Shown piece after piece: positions 12,001 to 25,829 of a stretch of DNA of 64,000 nt. The notes beneath the pieces were generated by a model. That model was not told the origin of the DNA and did no database searches. It saw only the letters and a list, made by a program, of their open reading frames with translations. Position 1 is the stretch's first letter. Each line of letters opens with the position of its first letter. The translations under genes were made by a program, and so were the position numbers. Source of the stretch: Macrostomum lignano (lineage: Eukaryota); NCBI GenBank assembly GCA_002269645.1, contig NIVC01001061.1, positions 62,001-126,000 of the forward strand. The letters are read 5' to 3'.

Positions 12001-15000
12001 AAGGAGAAGATTCAGCAGAAGGTCGATTCTATTCGTCGCCGACGCTCGTCGAATGTGGAACGAGCCGAGGAGCGCCTGGCCCAGCTGCGGGCCCTGCTCC
12101 GCCTGCAGCAGCTCCGCCAGGACATGGACGACCTGGCCGAGTGGATCGAGGACCGCCGTCTAGTGGCCGAGGACGAGAGCTTCAAGGACTCGAAGAACAT
12201 CACTAGCCGGTACAATCGGCACAAGACATTTGAACGGGAAATCGAAGCAAACAAAGAACGGCTGGAGACTATTCGAAAGACTGCCGAGCAGCTGGTTGCT
12301 GAGCAGCCGGAGTTCGCCGAGCCGGTGCAGACCGAAGTGTCCGAGCTGGCCGCCAAATGGGCCGAGCTCGAGGAGCAGGTCAAGCAGAAGGGCGAAAAGC
12401 TGCTGGAAGCCAACCGGGAGACCATCTTCAACAACACCGCCCAGGACGTCAATGTCTGGATGGAGAAGCTCATCAGCCAGATGGTGGTTGACGAGGAGGA
12501 GGTGGTCACCCTTACCGACGTCGACATCTGCCTGAAGGGCATCGAGGATCAGGAGCGCCAGATGGAGGAGCGCCAGCGCCAGCTCGAGGACATGACCGAG
12601 CACAAGGAGAAGCTCAAGGAGCAGCACCCCGACAAGGAAGAGGTATTCGAGAAGACTCACCTGTCGCTGCAGCAGACATTCGTGAAGCTGCGCGATCCGA
12701 TGAGCAAAAAGAAGGACGAACTGGTCAGGCGGAAGCGAATCCAGCAGCTGTTCCGCGACATCGAAGACGAGAAGATGTGGGCCGAGGAGAAGCTGGCCCT
12801 GACCAGGTCTGGCGATGTTGGCAACTCGCTGCTGTCCGCCACGCAGCTGCAGCGGCGGCATAAGGTGAGATGGGCTGTGGGAATGGAGATTGAGTAGATT
12901 CGAATAGAGATTGAGTAGATTCGAATGGAGATTCAGTAGATTCGAATAGAGATTGAGAAAATTCGAATGGAGATTGAGTAGATTCAAATAGAGATTGAGT
13001 AGATTCGAATAGAGATGGAGAAAATTCGAATGGAGATTGAGTAGATTCGAATGGAGATTGAGTAGATTCGAATGGAGATTGAGTAGATTCGAATGGAGAT
13101 TAAGTAAATTCGAATAGAGATTGAGTAGATTCGAATGGAGATTGAGTAGATTCGAATAGAGATTGAGTTAATTCGAATGGAGATTGAGTAGATTCGAATA
13201 GAGATTGAGTAGATTCGAATAATAGAGATTGAGTAGATTCGAATAGAGATTGAGTATATTCGAATAATAGAGATTGAGTAGATTCAAATAGAGATTGAGT
13301 TAATTCGAATGGAGATTGAGTAGATTCGAATAGAGATTGAGTATATTCGAATAATAGAGATTGAGTAGATTCAAATAGAGATTAAGTAGATTCAAATAGA
13401 GATTGAGTAGATTCGAATAGAGATTGAGTAGATTCAAATAGAGATTGAATATATTCGAATAATAGATCGAGATTTAGTAGATTCGAATAGAGATTGAGTA
13501 GATTCAAATAGAGATTGAGTAGATTCAAATAGAGATTGATTAGATTCGAATAATAGAGATTTAGTAGATTCGAATAGAGATTGAGTAGATTCGAATAGAG
13601 ATTGAGTAGATTCGAATAGAGATTGAGTAGATTCGAATAATAGAGATTTAGTAGATTCGAATAGAGATTGAGTAGATTCGAATAGAGATTGAGTAGATTC
13701 GAATAGAGATTGAGTAGATTCTAATCTAAATGATTTGCAAAGGGATAGGCAAGGTAGATCTCGTGCTTTAATTTCACATCCAGACCTCCACAAAATTTTA
13801 CTAACCGCAACAGGTGCTGTCCGCCGAGGTTGACAACCACAGGCCGCGCATGGAGGACACCGTGGCCCAGGCCAAGGAGCTCATCTCCCAGGGCGTGCCG
13901 CAGGCTGAACAGTACCAGCGCGGAATCGATGACCTGCTGGATCTGTGGCGCCAGCTGGAGGACACCCTGAAGGATCGGGAGCACCGGCTGGAGGACAGCG
14001 AGTCCGACCAGCAGTGGCTGGAGGACGCCCGCGAAGCCGAGACCTGGATGGGAGAGCAGGAGCTGTACCTCATGCCCGAGGAGACCCGCGCCAGGGATGA
14101 GCAGGCTGCTAATAATGCTATGAAAAAGCACGAGCAGGTGGGGTTCTAGTCCTTGCTATTTAGTGTCAGTGTCTAATCTCACTGCATGAATTTCATCTCT
14201 TGGATCTCATTCTATGGATCTCATCTCTTGGATCTCATTCTATGGATCTCATCTCTTGGATCTCACTCTATGAATCTCATCTCTTGGATCTCATTCTATG
14301 GATCTCATCTTTTGGATCTCATCTCTTGAATCCCACTCTATGAATTTCATCTCTTGGATCTCATTCTATGAATCTCATCTCTTGGATCTCATTCTATGGA
14401 TCTCATCTCTTGGATCTCATCTCTTGGATCTCATCTCTTGGATCTCATTCTATGAATCTCATCTCTTGGATCTCATTCTATGGATCTCATCTCTTGGATC
14501 TCATCTCTTGGATCTCATCTCTTGGATCTCATCTCTTGGATCTCACTCTCTATGAATCTCATCTCTTGGATCTCACTCTATGGATCTCATCTCTTGGATC
14601 TCACTCTATGGATCTCATCTCTTGGATCTCACTCTATGGATCTCATCTTTTGGATCTCATCTCTTGAATCTCACTCTTGGATCTCATTCTATGGATCTTA
14701 TCTTTTGGATCTCACTCTATGGATCTCATCTCTTGGATCTCACTCTATGGATCTCATCTCTTGGATCTCATTCTATGGATCTCATCTCTTGGATCTCCCT
14801 CTATGAATCGCACTCTATGAATCGCACTCTATGAATCTCACAGTATGTTAATCTCACTCTTTAAGTCCCTCATAAAGTTAAATTTATAGTGTCCGTTAAT
14901 ATTTTGGTCACATCCAAAGCGCCTATTTACTTAACTTTGTCCATCTCCGTCAGGTGGAGCGCGCAGTCGAGGCCTACGCCGACGAGATCCGCAACCTGGG

Positions 15001-18000
15001 CGGCCGGGCACGCGACCTCATCGACGCCGAGCACCCCGAGTCCGAGCGCATCGCCCAGGCTCAGAACCGCCTGGACCGCCTGTACGCCACTCTCAAAGAG
15101 CTGTGCGCCGAGAAGCGGGCCTGGCTGCAGGAGCAGCTGAAACTCTACCAACTGCAGCGGGAGATTCTCGACCTGGAGGCCTGGATTCAGGAGCGGACTA
15201 TTGTGGCACAGAGCAACGATCTTGGCAAGGACTTCGACCACTGCGTGCTGCTGCGCGAGCGGTTCAGGGAGTTTGCCAAGGAGACCGAGGCTATCGGCAC
15301 CGAGAGGGTGAGCTTGGGGAGACGGACAAGCAGACAGACGCTAAGACAGGCAGGCAGTCAGACAGACAGACACTAAGACAGTCTAAAAAGACTGACTGAC
15401 TGACTGACTGACTGACTGACTGACTGACTGACTGACTGACTGACTGACTGACTGACTGACTGACTGACTGACTGACTGACTGACTGACTGACTGACTGAC
15501 TGACTGACTGACTGACTGACTGACTGACTGACTGACTGACTGACTGACTGACTGACTGACTGACTGACTGACTGACTGACTGACTGACTGACTGACTGAC
15601 TGACTGACTGACTGACTGACTGACTGACTGACTGACTGACTGACTGACTGACTGACTGACTGACTGACTGACTGACTGACTGACTGACTGACTGACTGAC
15701 TGACTGACTGACTGACTGACTGACTGACTGACTGACTGACTGACTGACTGACTGACTGACTGACTGACTGACTGACTGACTGACTGACTGACTGACTGAC
15801 TGACTGACTGACTGACTGACTGACTGACTGACTGACTGACTGACTGACTGACTGACTGACTGACTGACTGACTGACTGACTGACTGACTGACTGACTGAC
15901 TGACTGACTCTCCTGCCCCCCCCCCCTCAATCCCTCAGGTGGCCGCAGCCAACCAGTTCGTTGACAGCCTGATTGACCAGGGCCACCGCAGCTCGGCGGA
16001 GATCGCCGAGTGGAAGGACCGCGTCAACGAAGCCTGGGCCGACCTGCTGGAGCTGATGGACACCCGCACCCAGCTGCTCACCGCCGCCCACGCTTTCCAT
16101 CGTTTCCTCAGCGACTGTCACGACGTCCTCGACCGAATCGAAGAGAAGGAGCTCTCCATCCCGGAGGACGTTGGCAAGGACGCCAAGTCGGCCGACGCCT
16201 ACACCAGGAAGCACGCCACTTTCGAGCACGATTTGAAAACTCTCGAAGCCGCCGTGCACGGCGTCGAACGCGACGCCGACGACCTGTTGCCGGCCTACAG
16301 CGGCGACAAGGAGCAGCTGATTCGCGACAAACGCGACGAAGTCATCGACGCCTGGAACCGGCTCACCCTGCACTGCCAGAAGCGCAAAGCCGATCTGGCC
16401 GACAATGGCGAGTTCCACAGGTTCTTGAACATGATCCGCGACCTGCTCATGTGGATGGACGGCATCAACGCCGAGATGGCTGGCCAAGAGAAGCCGCGCG
16501 ACGTCTCCGGCGTCGAGCTGTTGATGAACTCGCACAAGAACCTCAAGGCCGAGATGGACGCCAGGGATGAGAATTTCACCATTGCCGGCAACCTCGGCAA
16601 GTCCCTCATTCAGCGCCGCCATCCCAAGCTAGACGTGGTGCAGGAGAAACTGCGGGAAGTGGTTGGCAAGCGCTTCGACATGAACGACGCCTGGGACGAG
16701 AAGTGGGATCAGTTCCAGCTGATGCTTGAGGTGAGGGTTTCATTGGTCAGCTCCCCTGGCACAAGTGGGGTTCTCTGATTGGTCAGCTCCCCCCAGCACA
16801 GGGGGTTCTCTGATTGGTCAGCTCCCCCCAGCACAGTAGGAGTCTGATTGGTCAGCTCCCCCAGCACAGGGGGTTCTCTGATTGGTCAGCTCCCCCAGCC
16901 CAAGTGGGATTCTCTGATTAGTCAGCTCCCCTCAGCACAATTGGGATTCTCTGATTGGTCAGCTCCCCCCAGCACAAGTGGGATTCTCTGATTGGTCAGC
17001 TCCCCCCAGCACAGGGGTTCTCTGATTGGTCAGCTCCCCCCAGCACAAGTGGGATTCTCTGATTGGTCAGCTCCCCCCAGCACAGGGGTTCTCTGATTGG
17101 TCAGCTCCCCCCAGCACAGGGGTTCTCTGATTGGTCAGCTCCCCCAGCACAAGTGGGATTCTCTGATTAGTCAGCTTCCCCCAGCACAGGGGTTCTCTGA
17201 TTGGTCAGCGCCCCCCAGCACAGGGGTTCTCTGATTGGTCAGCTCCCCCCAGCACAGTAGGAGTCTGATTGGTCAGTCCCCCGACAGCTCAGTTGGAGTC
17301 CCTGATTGGTCCACAACAAGACATTTACAAGCGATCGATACTTCATCCGCCTCCCCCCAGGTATACCAATTCGCCCGGGACGCCGCAGTGGCGGAAGGCT
17401 GGCTGCTGGCCCAGGAGCCGCACCTCAATAGCCGGCACGTTGGCGACAGCCTGGAGGAGACCCTGGCCCTCATCAGGCAGCACGAGGCGTTCGAGAAGGC
17501 GGCGCAGTCGCAGGAGGAGCGCTTCCAAGCGCTGCAACGCCAGACTACCTTCGAGCTGCGCGAGCAGGACCAATCGGAGGAGGCCAGGGCGGCCAAGGCC
17601 GAGGAGAAGTCCCGTCGCCGGGCCGAGGCCGTCGCCTCCCAGGTGCCGCAGCCGCCGCCCAGCCCGAAGCCGCCGAAGAAGCCGGCCAGCCCGACTCAGC
17701 AGGCCCCCAGCCAGGCGTCACCGACCTCGCAGCCGCAGCAGCCTTCAACAACCGCCAAGCCGTCGACTTCCCAGCAGCAGCAGCAGCCGCCAATCACGGC
17801 CGCCAAGCTGGAGGGTCCGCTGGCGCGCAAGCACGAATGGGACCAGGCTGGCAAGAAGGCCCAGCACCGCAGCTGGCAGCAGATGTGAGTTGCTTGTCTT
17901 CTGCTTTCGCTAATTCGCTAATCTGAAATCGCGTTTATTTCACGTCTCCCCACCCCCCCCCTCCGCAGCTACGTTGTGCTGGAGGCCGGGCACCTGCGCT

Positions 18001-18374
18001 TCTACAAAGACCAGCGCTACGCCAAGGAGCGGCCGCAGGACACCTATCATCACGAGGCGCCGCTAGACTTGAACGGCGCCAGCAGCGCGCCGGCGCCGGA
18101 TTACAACAAGCGGCCGCACGTGTTCCGCCTGAAGATGGCCAGCGGGGCCGAGTACCTGTTCCAGGCCCGCAGCGAGGCCGAGATGACCGACTGGGTCACC
18201 CGGGTCAACGCCGCCGCCGGGGCCACGCCGACCACCGCCGCCAGGGCTGCCACTCTGCCGCCCGCGGGCGCCGGCGCCGGACCGTCTGGCGCCACGCCTG
18301 GCGGCGCCGGGGCGCCTGGCGCGGGTGAATCGGCCGGCAAGAAGAGATTCTTCACTCTGGGCAGGAAGAAGTGA
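1..18374 (+). CDS. SPTBN1: Beta-spectrin (conventional, SPTBN1/UNC-70-like), 5'-truncated by the window edge. Exons: <1-278, 510-1163, 1896-2411, 2767-3249, 11074-11448, 11872-12864, 13814-14137, 14954-15307, 15939-16730, 17361-17884, 17969-18374
   Basis: Starts in (W)[34 protein letters not shown], typical of beta-spectrin repeat 2. Consecutive spectrin repeats follow, then [15 protein letters not shown] (final repeat), a P/Q-rich linker, a PH domain (LARKHEWD...RSWQQIYVVL...FYKD...[20 protein letters not shown]) and the C-terminus [11 protein letters not shown]. All junctions are GT-AG and keep frame (nine phase-0 introns, the last phase 2). Confidence 0.96.
325..450. repeat. Degenerate 31-bp repeat, spectrin intron
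   Basis: AGGTGGGAGATCAGAGACAAGAAGATTACAC, a few copies. Confidence 0.75.
1180..1800. repeat. 27-bp minisatellite, spectrin intron
   Basis: GGGTTTGTGGGCACTTCCGGGTTACCT, about 23 copies. Confidence 0.95.
3742..10800. mobile_element. Non-autonomous TIR DNA transposon (CACTA/EnSpm-like by termini) filled with a 13-bp tandem array
   Basis: Perfect 13-bp TIRs CCCGGGTAAAAAT (3742-3754) and ATTTTTACCCGGG (10788-10800). The same 3 bp, TCA, flank both ends (3739-3741, 10801-10803). The internal GTGTCRAC motif occurs in both orientations near both termini. Confidence 0.75.
3808..10680. repeat. 13-bp minisatellite (AGTGTCAACGGGT / AGTGTCGACTGGC / AGTGTCGACGGGA and variants), about 530 units with kb-scale higher-order repeats
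   Basis: Direct reading. Identical ORF-track translations recur at offsets of 1625, 1638, 1937 and 2093 nt, all multiples of 13. Confidence 0.97.
10835..10920 (+). mobile_element. Diverged partial copy of the SINE body
   Basis: GAGAGCCAACCCCCAAGGCACAGAGGGTGTACATGC...AGGGCCGCTGTACAC matches the reverse complement of the SINE core. Confidence 0.6.
11560..11830. repeat. 41-bp minisatellite plus shorter degenerate units, spectrin intron
   Basis: GATCATAAATCTGTATTTGATCTAGAGTCTATGACAGCTAT, about 5 copies. Confidence 0.9.
12885..13722. repeat. 21-bp minisatellite, spectrin intron
   Basis: GAGATTGAGTAGATTCGAATA, about 39 copies. Confidence 0.95.
14180..14840. repeat. 14-bp minisatellite, spectrin intron
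   Basis: Alternating GGATCTCATCTCTT / GGATCTCATTCTAT. Confidence 0.95.
15390..15909. repeat. Perfect (GACT)n microsatellite, about 130 units
   Basis: Direct reading; fills most of intron 15308-15938. Confidence 0.98.
16742..17310. repeat. 34-36-bp minisatellite, spectrin intron
   Basis: CTCTGATTGGTCAGCTCCCCCCAGCACAGGGGTT, about 16 copies. Confidence 0.95.
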
Positions 18375-21300
18375 AGTTTGGCAGTTTATTAAATTATGAA
18401 TTCTGATTCATGTGTGAGTAAGCGAATTCGTACGGACGCAGTGACACGCTAGGCCTGTACTCTGCATATATATCTATGCTATGCTAATACATTTATTAAT
18501 AATTAATTAATAAAACTCTTATATTTTTATATAATATGCCATTTTCGCGAACCAAGCCGCCGTCATTGCAATAAATGCACTAATAATAACACACTGATGA
18601 TTCGCTCTCACCCGCTTCATCAGCTTCTGTTCTTTTTCTCCTCCTCTGTTGGGTTTAAAATCGCAAATTTAAAGGATAAACCGCTTTGTATGCTACTTAC
18701 TTACAGTAGTCTGCTGTTTAATCGGTTATCTTTATATATGTTTTGTTAATTACTTTAAGTTAATCTGCCGCGAGCTTAACTACATATTTCTATTTCTAGT
18801 ATGAAAAATATTGTTAATTATTATTATCGCGAGTCTGTAACCTTGCCTACTTTGTTTGTCCGTTTCTGACAAAATTATGGAAAGTTAAAATTTTTTTAAA
18901 CTCGATTTCTGCTGCAAGGCGTCGGCCCTGTTTCCTGTGGAGCAGGTTACACAGTCTGAGACAATCCTAGCTTAATTAATATCGACTTTTTTGAGTGTAA
19001 ATTCGCTGGACACGACCGACAAACCGAGCCGCAGCTATCGAGAGTTATTCGTTAGCAGAAAAAAAGCAAAAAAATTTGCTTGCCTGTTCCGCGGTTTGCT
19101 GTTACTCGGCTTTATTCATTAAAAATAATAATAAGACAGTTGCGGCCCAACTTTTACAAGATTCACGTTTGGCACCAATAAATATTTTATAATTGCATTA
19201 TTCTATACACCTGTCGGAATGTTTGCTAAACTACTGCTAGTAGGCTGGCGCTTGTTTTGCGCGTTCTATTTTTTTCCTGTTCCGTTTGCTAATAATGAAG
19301 GTGTTTAGTAGAAATTTTGCTAGCCAATTGTCAAATTTATTAATGATTTTTTCATAGCGAAGGCTTAGCTAGAATAATTATAGTTAATTATTTAAAGTGC
19401 CGCACCAGCTCAGATAAGAAGGCTGCTTCTTGTCGGTCATTGGAGCTCCGTTTTTTAAGTGTTTTTTTTAATCCTAACCAACTTTCGTTTGAACTTTTCC
19501 GCTCGACCTGGTTTTTCTGGTTTCAGATGTCTAGCGACTGTTGTGTATTAATAAGTATTACTAATCTATTTATACATTAGTTTTGTTAGCTTTTTAACAG
19601 TATGTGTTTTTTCTCGTCTCGAAATTCAATGGATAAAGGATTTCATCTGCGCTCTTTTCTGTCTTAATTTGTCTCTGCTAACGATTGCGCTTTTGTTTGG
19701 TAGTTAGCCACTGGCCCCCGCCGCTCTCCCGCCTCAGTGCCCCCCAGCCTGACAATAGAAATCTTTTTACATTTAACTGTCTGCAGCTTTAGTTCTTTAT
19801 TATATTATTGATTGCTAAGCTAATTATGCTTTGCCTACCATAGTTACACAGCCGTATGTTTTCAAGCTCTGATTATTGTTTAGCAGCTTCAATTCTCACT
19901 CTTTTTCTCTGCCAGTAATATTATTATTAAAACGAACACGTGCACAATATGCTACTAAGCGATATTAACTGAGATCCCTGAGTCCCACAGCCCAGCCCAG
20001 CCTGTCAATAATGATGATGCTATATGCTATGCGCTTAGAAATATTTATTATTAATATTATATTTGTTAGCTATATGGCCGGAAATTAACTATAATAAATG
20101 AAATATAATATCTAATAATTAATTATAATTTGCAACCCATTTTTATCGATTTTCCTGTCCGCCTGTCTCACCGTAATCGCGTATTGTTTTTTTGAGGATC
20201 GAACCGAGTTTATAGCCTAAAAACCTTATACTTATTACTATATTACTATTAGTAGAACCCAGCGCTACCTAATCTTTGTTTAATCAGCGCTCCGCCTCTC
20301 GTGCCCGTTTTGTGTTTTAATTGTGTTGCTTCTTGTTTCGACCAGCCACCCAGCCAGCCACAGTTCGAAAAAATATATTATCTTGTCTGCCCTGCCGGCT
20401 GAAAGAAGTTTTGTGTGTTTGATAGATGCTGCAACAGCATCGCAATAGTTAATTAATTAAAAAATGCTCCATATGAAATGTCGGTTTGACGCTTGACCGT
20501 GTTTTGTTTAACTCCAGTTTTTTAATTGATCTATTTGTAAACTACCGAGGCAAGAATCGCTGAAAGAGTGAGCTCACTGGTGACTCTGGGCGACTCTAAA
20601 TGTGACTTTTCTTAACGAGCGCATCACGTGTTGGCGCTCAACTTTCTACTAACTCAAGTAGGCTAAATAGAGTTGTTAGAAATGCGAAATAGCAACTCGA
20701 TAAGACTCCACGGCCTTAGAGTTACTTCCATCGCCCCAGAGTCGCAGATAATCAATCTAACGCCTCAGACTGACAGACATTAGACTGACATTAGTTTTCA
20801 TCGGGAGAGGAGATTCGGAGTTCAGTCCATAATGAATACAGAGGAGTGGGATCAAGATCCCTCGGTGACTGGGAAAGGTACACATAAGTTTAAACTCTAG
20901 TGAAGCATACTTCACTTGTTTTTCGTCAATGTCTTTGAAAAAAATAAAACGACTTTCGGGCGATGATTTCGAGCTTGTGAAAGCAGACTGATGCCTTGAC
21001 TAATACTAATAGCAAGATTACAAGTCCTAAGAGCATTCGGGGCAAAGTCAAAACGAGGGCATCGCGAGTTTACACCATTCAAACTTTGTAATACCAAATT
21101 GTATCTGTTTTCTAATGATTATGGCCGGTTAAATCTTGCATTAAACTGTGAATTATAAATAATTTTACTATAATCTAAGTAAAATTAGTCTTTTTCGCTC
21201 CTCTAAAAGACAAAATATGTCCTTATTCAGCGATAATTTTTTTGGCGGAAATTCAACCACGTTGAACACGTGTGAAAAAAGTTCTATATAATTTACAAAT

Positions 21301-24300
21301 TAAGGGCTAAAAATGTAGGAATTAATATAGATGGTGAAAGTTTTGAGTTAATTTGCATTAAATGCATGCATGAGTAATGCTTTATTTGTATAAACCTTAC
21401 TGTAGTTCGAATATTCTTCGTTTTGGTAGTAAACAATGATTATGACATCCCACCTATATGCTCATATGAGAATATGTTAAAAAGTAATCTAAATTGATGT
21501 ATCCAATTGGATTATTCACTTTTACATTTTAGAAAATAATTTAGCATTAAATCGATGCTTTTTATTGAAAAAGCCTAATATATTACTTATTGTATAACTA
21601 TTGTAAATACTTTTTAATAGTTAGAGAGCACAAAGTGATTTTCTCCAGTAGTCTGTTGCATCAAAATGAATAATTGCCAGCTTTTAGAATTGAAATATGT
21701 TATTACACACCTATTAAGCTTGAAGCATTTTTTTTCTTTACTAAAAGGTACTCCTTGTTGGCTCTTAAATGCCATAAATGTTAGTTTTTGTCATGATTTT
21801 TTTCTCCGGAAGCCTACTGTGTGGAGCATGTACAATGAAAAGCTTAGATATTTCATCAAGGCACTGCAAAGAACCCTATAAAGAAGCATTTTTTTGGCTT
21901 TGCAGCAGGGACAACCTAATATAATTTTATTGCCATTTAATGTATAATTTGTAATGAATTAGGCTTTAGTTATTTTTAATGATAGTTATTATGCTTATTT
22001 TATACTGAATAAGTTGAGGTAAATTTTGTAAAAATTACTTTAAACATCTTTTTATTGACCATCACTTAAAATTTTTTATGACTAGCAATTCTAGTCTAAG
22101 ATCACCAGATTAATCAGATTTCACTTACTAACACCAAATAATCAGGTCTGATTGACTTTAAATTTACTTTAAATTCATTGGTCTGCTTAACTGACATCAG
22201 ATTTACCTAGGATCAATAATTTTGGGGCATCATGAAGGTTATAGCATTGTAACAGACTATGTAATCATGCTTAAATAACTTGGAACTCATAATTTAATAT
22301 CTTGAAATCTGCATGGTGCTAGAATCCTATTGGAATAGAAAGAAGACAGCAAAAAATACAGACAAAGCGTTCACTCATTATCTCTCTAATAATAAAATGT
22401 TCATCTCCACAGATGTACCTTTCAGCTGTTCGGAAACGGAATGAAAATAAAAATCGCTACAAATCGCTACACGCAGCAACAACTTGTGTCGACATAATTG
22501 ACAACCATTGTAGAGAACCCCACCTCTTATGTTCGGCGGGTAGTCGATCAGAATCCAGTCTGGCGCATCGCTGCAAGTTGGACTCTGTCACTCAGCTTTG
22601 TTCGACACAAGCAGATTTTGAGCACAGTCTGGCAGTATGCTGCACTTCAGTTTCAGCAGGGCCAATCTGAGCTGCTCGAGCAGAGTTTGAGAACACTGGC
22701 AGTATGTGCTGCCTTATTTTCACTTTTACGTTGCAATTTGGCCTCTTTTGTATCGACTTTTCTGCGTTCGCTCTGGCATGAGAGTACGAGCCCTCTTCAG
22801 CGTGGTAGCGTTGTAACGTTCTAGCTTTGAAAGCTAGGATGCTTTTTTTTCGACTATAGCATACTCCTTATATAATTAATAAGTGCTTTTTAAGCTCAAC
22901 CAGCTATGTACCTGTGATGTGTGGCTGCCAGAAGCCACGTATTAGTTTATGGGTATATGCTTGGCTTACAGACCCACAATTGATAGACTGCAGGAACAAG
23001 TGCGAAACGATTGACGAGCTCTTGCTTAATTTCAACAAATATACGAGTAAACGAGCCTACGATTTAAAACACGACTTCCCAAACACATTGATCTGATAAT
23101 AAAAAGTTTTATTAATAAAGCAGCATCAGCTCAAATATTTTAATCTATGGCCATGGACGTATAGAGCAGTCTGCACAGACCAGAACAGAAAATCAATATG
23201 GCTACCTCAAGAAGGGTAAAAAAGATATCTGGGTGGGGGGCATGGTTATGCTCCTATCCAAACAGTTTCAATACAAATGTGAATCTCACAGAGCTCTAAA
23301 TGAAGCTCTTAATGCCTCTTGATTTAGTGAAAAAGATGAACAGGCAACAGAAATAGGTTTTAGAATTTTTAGGCACAAGTAATAAATTCCTGAAGCAGAA
23401 GTTTTATTAACTTAAATGCAAAACAAGATTTTTGGTATAGCCACTAGGCCCATACAATAAAACACACTATAAAACATAAGGTTCTAAAAAGGTGTGTCTT
23501 GTGGTCTGAGAGAAAATGTAGGCCACATAGCCACCAGAATCTTGGGTGCCAGAATCCAAAAGTAGCAGCGCAGCACCTGAACCAGTTGTGGGCAGAAGTG
23601 GCCTGCTAGGTGCAGGAGTCGCCAACATTGCAACAGGTTGCTCAGACAGATCAGGTTGGTTCATGGAGAAAGCACTAGACTCACTCAACCAAATGTAAAG
23701 GTAACATACAGCAAGTCCACCAGTTTCATTGTTTAAGTAAGGCCTCAGGTTTAGAGCTCAGAATGAAAGGCATATCATAAAATGCAGCTGAGAAGATCTC
23801 CCAAAGAAGTCCTGGCATGGCATGCATTAAAGTGAAAAACATTTAACATATTTTACTTACATTTAAGTCTAAAAAACTTCTACTAAAGCAAGTTAAGAAA
23901 TTATTGGTATATTAAATATACAATAGTATAAAAGGAAACACTTCTGCTAGGCATTTAAAGCCAGTTTGTAAACAATAAAATATATAATAAAATAATGCTA
24001 TATTCTAATTTTTAAAAAGCAAATATATCAGGTTTTGCATTTTTAACTTTTAACATGTTCTAAGTTCTTAAAGCTCATAATGTGAGTTTTAAATGAAATA
24101 AATGTAACAAATAATGCAAATGAAAACATATTGCAATTATACATTTTAAAGAATAGTGCAAGTCACATTTTATATAGCTTTTTACATTGCAATTGCAAAT
24201 TATATGAAACTAGAAAGTTAAAGTTTAAAAAAAGTTATTACCTGTTTTACTTGCTACTTGTTAATTATTTAGCAATTTAAATTATATATATACTTGAAAG

Positions 24301-25829
24301 TGCATAGTGATGGCTATAATAAACAGTTATCATTATCAGTAATCATAAGGTAGATTATCACTTAGCTAAGGCCCAATGGCTTTTGTAAAAAAGCATATAT
24401 CAGTTTCGAAGTAATTCTAAGCTGTAAAGCTGTACAAAATTTTATATTTACATTATATTTTTTATTACTACGTCATTAGCAAAAAATCAAATAGGCCTAA
24501 GACACGGACAGTTAAATATAAATAGCAATCTGAACTAGACTACAAATTATGCATCAGAACAAAAATATAGTTAAACAAGAGCGTGGGTGGATAAAGCTAT
24601 TTTATAAAAAAACTTGATAGACACCTTTATTTGTCATTCTATTCAGTAAAATTATTTAAACCTCAGTCTCATGAGTCATTTGCCTATTCATAAGCCGTGG
24701 CTTATAAAATAAAGCATATATCTAGAATCCTCGATCGATTATTGTTCATAAATTAGATAAGCAGAAAATTGATGCTAGACGTTTGCAATGCTTGAAATAC
24801 AGAAGTCAGTAATCAATATCTAAATCTCATATTTAATTCAATCCAAAAAAGTTTGCTGATATTTCACATCCGTAAGAAGAACCAGGCCAAACATCAATAA
24901 TAAAGTACTTATTAACATGAAACTGATAACTAAATTAACGAGAGTATTTCAGAACACAAACAGGCGCGACGTAAACAAAGTAAGCAGCTTAACAAAATCC
25001 AGCTTAATATTTATTTAAAAAATATCTATTGCAATATTTACCTAATTTTTTTCAGATAAAAACTACTTTTACGGGTTTGTATAGAACATTTATTTTAAGA
25101 ATACTATATTTAGTTTCTGATTTTGCGTCCGTACAGTTCCGTAAAAGTGAAGATTAACAAATGGGTAGGAAATTTATTAAGAGGTGTATTTTGTGCTTTA
25201 AAAATGTTTTTTTGAGACCACTTAACGGAAATATAAAAAATTGTATAAAAAATTACCAATTGAAACAACAATTTTTTTTCTACTTTTTTCTGACTCCCCA
25301 ATTTTGACTTTAACCGATTCAGTATCGCATTTGTCTAAATCCAAACATTTGCTCTTCAGTTTTGTGCTCCAAGGTCATTTGGAAATCAAAGGTCGATGGG
25401 ACTCTTGGCAACATTAAAATTCATAATCTTGACATTCGTTCGAAATGTCTATGGCTCAAATTTCCCGGCAGGTCATTGCTTGAAAGTTGTGTGGATCTTC
25501 ATTCATAGAAGCCAAGGAGTTCTATAATTAGAATCTGGGGTGGAAACAAGTTTTGCACTTTTACCTCACGAGGCCACGCAAATTGTTAGATAATTTTTAC
25601 CGCATGGAGCCAGGCCTCATGACTCATGAGGTAAAAGTGGAAAACTCGTTTCCACTCCAGATGCTAATAATTATAGAACTCCTTGATAGAAGCCATAGAC
25701 AACTCGACAATTTCACTTCAATTGCCATAGACCAGAGCGTTTCACATGCTCAAATTTTCACATTGTCGAGAAGTCTTGCAAATTACACGTATTTTGCTAT
25801 TAGAAACCATTCAGACGATTCCCTAGCAG

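Noticed and set aside
363-18355. Antisense and alternate-frame ORFs overlapping spectrin, GPCR and Lhx exons
   Set aside because: These are expected shadows of GC3-rich coding sequence.
20580-20745. Imperfect inverted repeat GACTCTGGGCGA / TCGCCCCAGAGTC
   Set aside because: Short, imperfect, no TSD; cannot be supported as a MITE.
22413-23688. Short ORFs in the AT-rich intergenic region
   Set aside because: No recognisable domains, no exon-like GC or codon bias, no splice-consistent chain.
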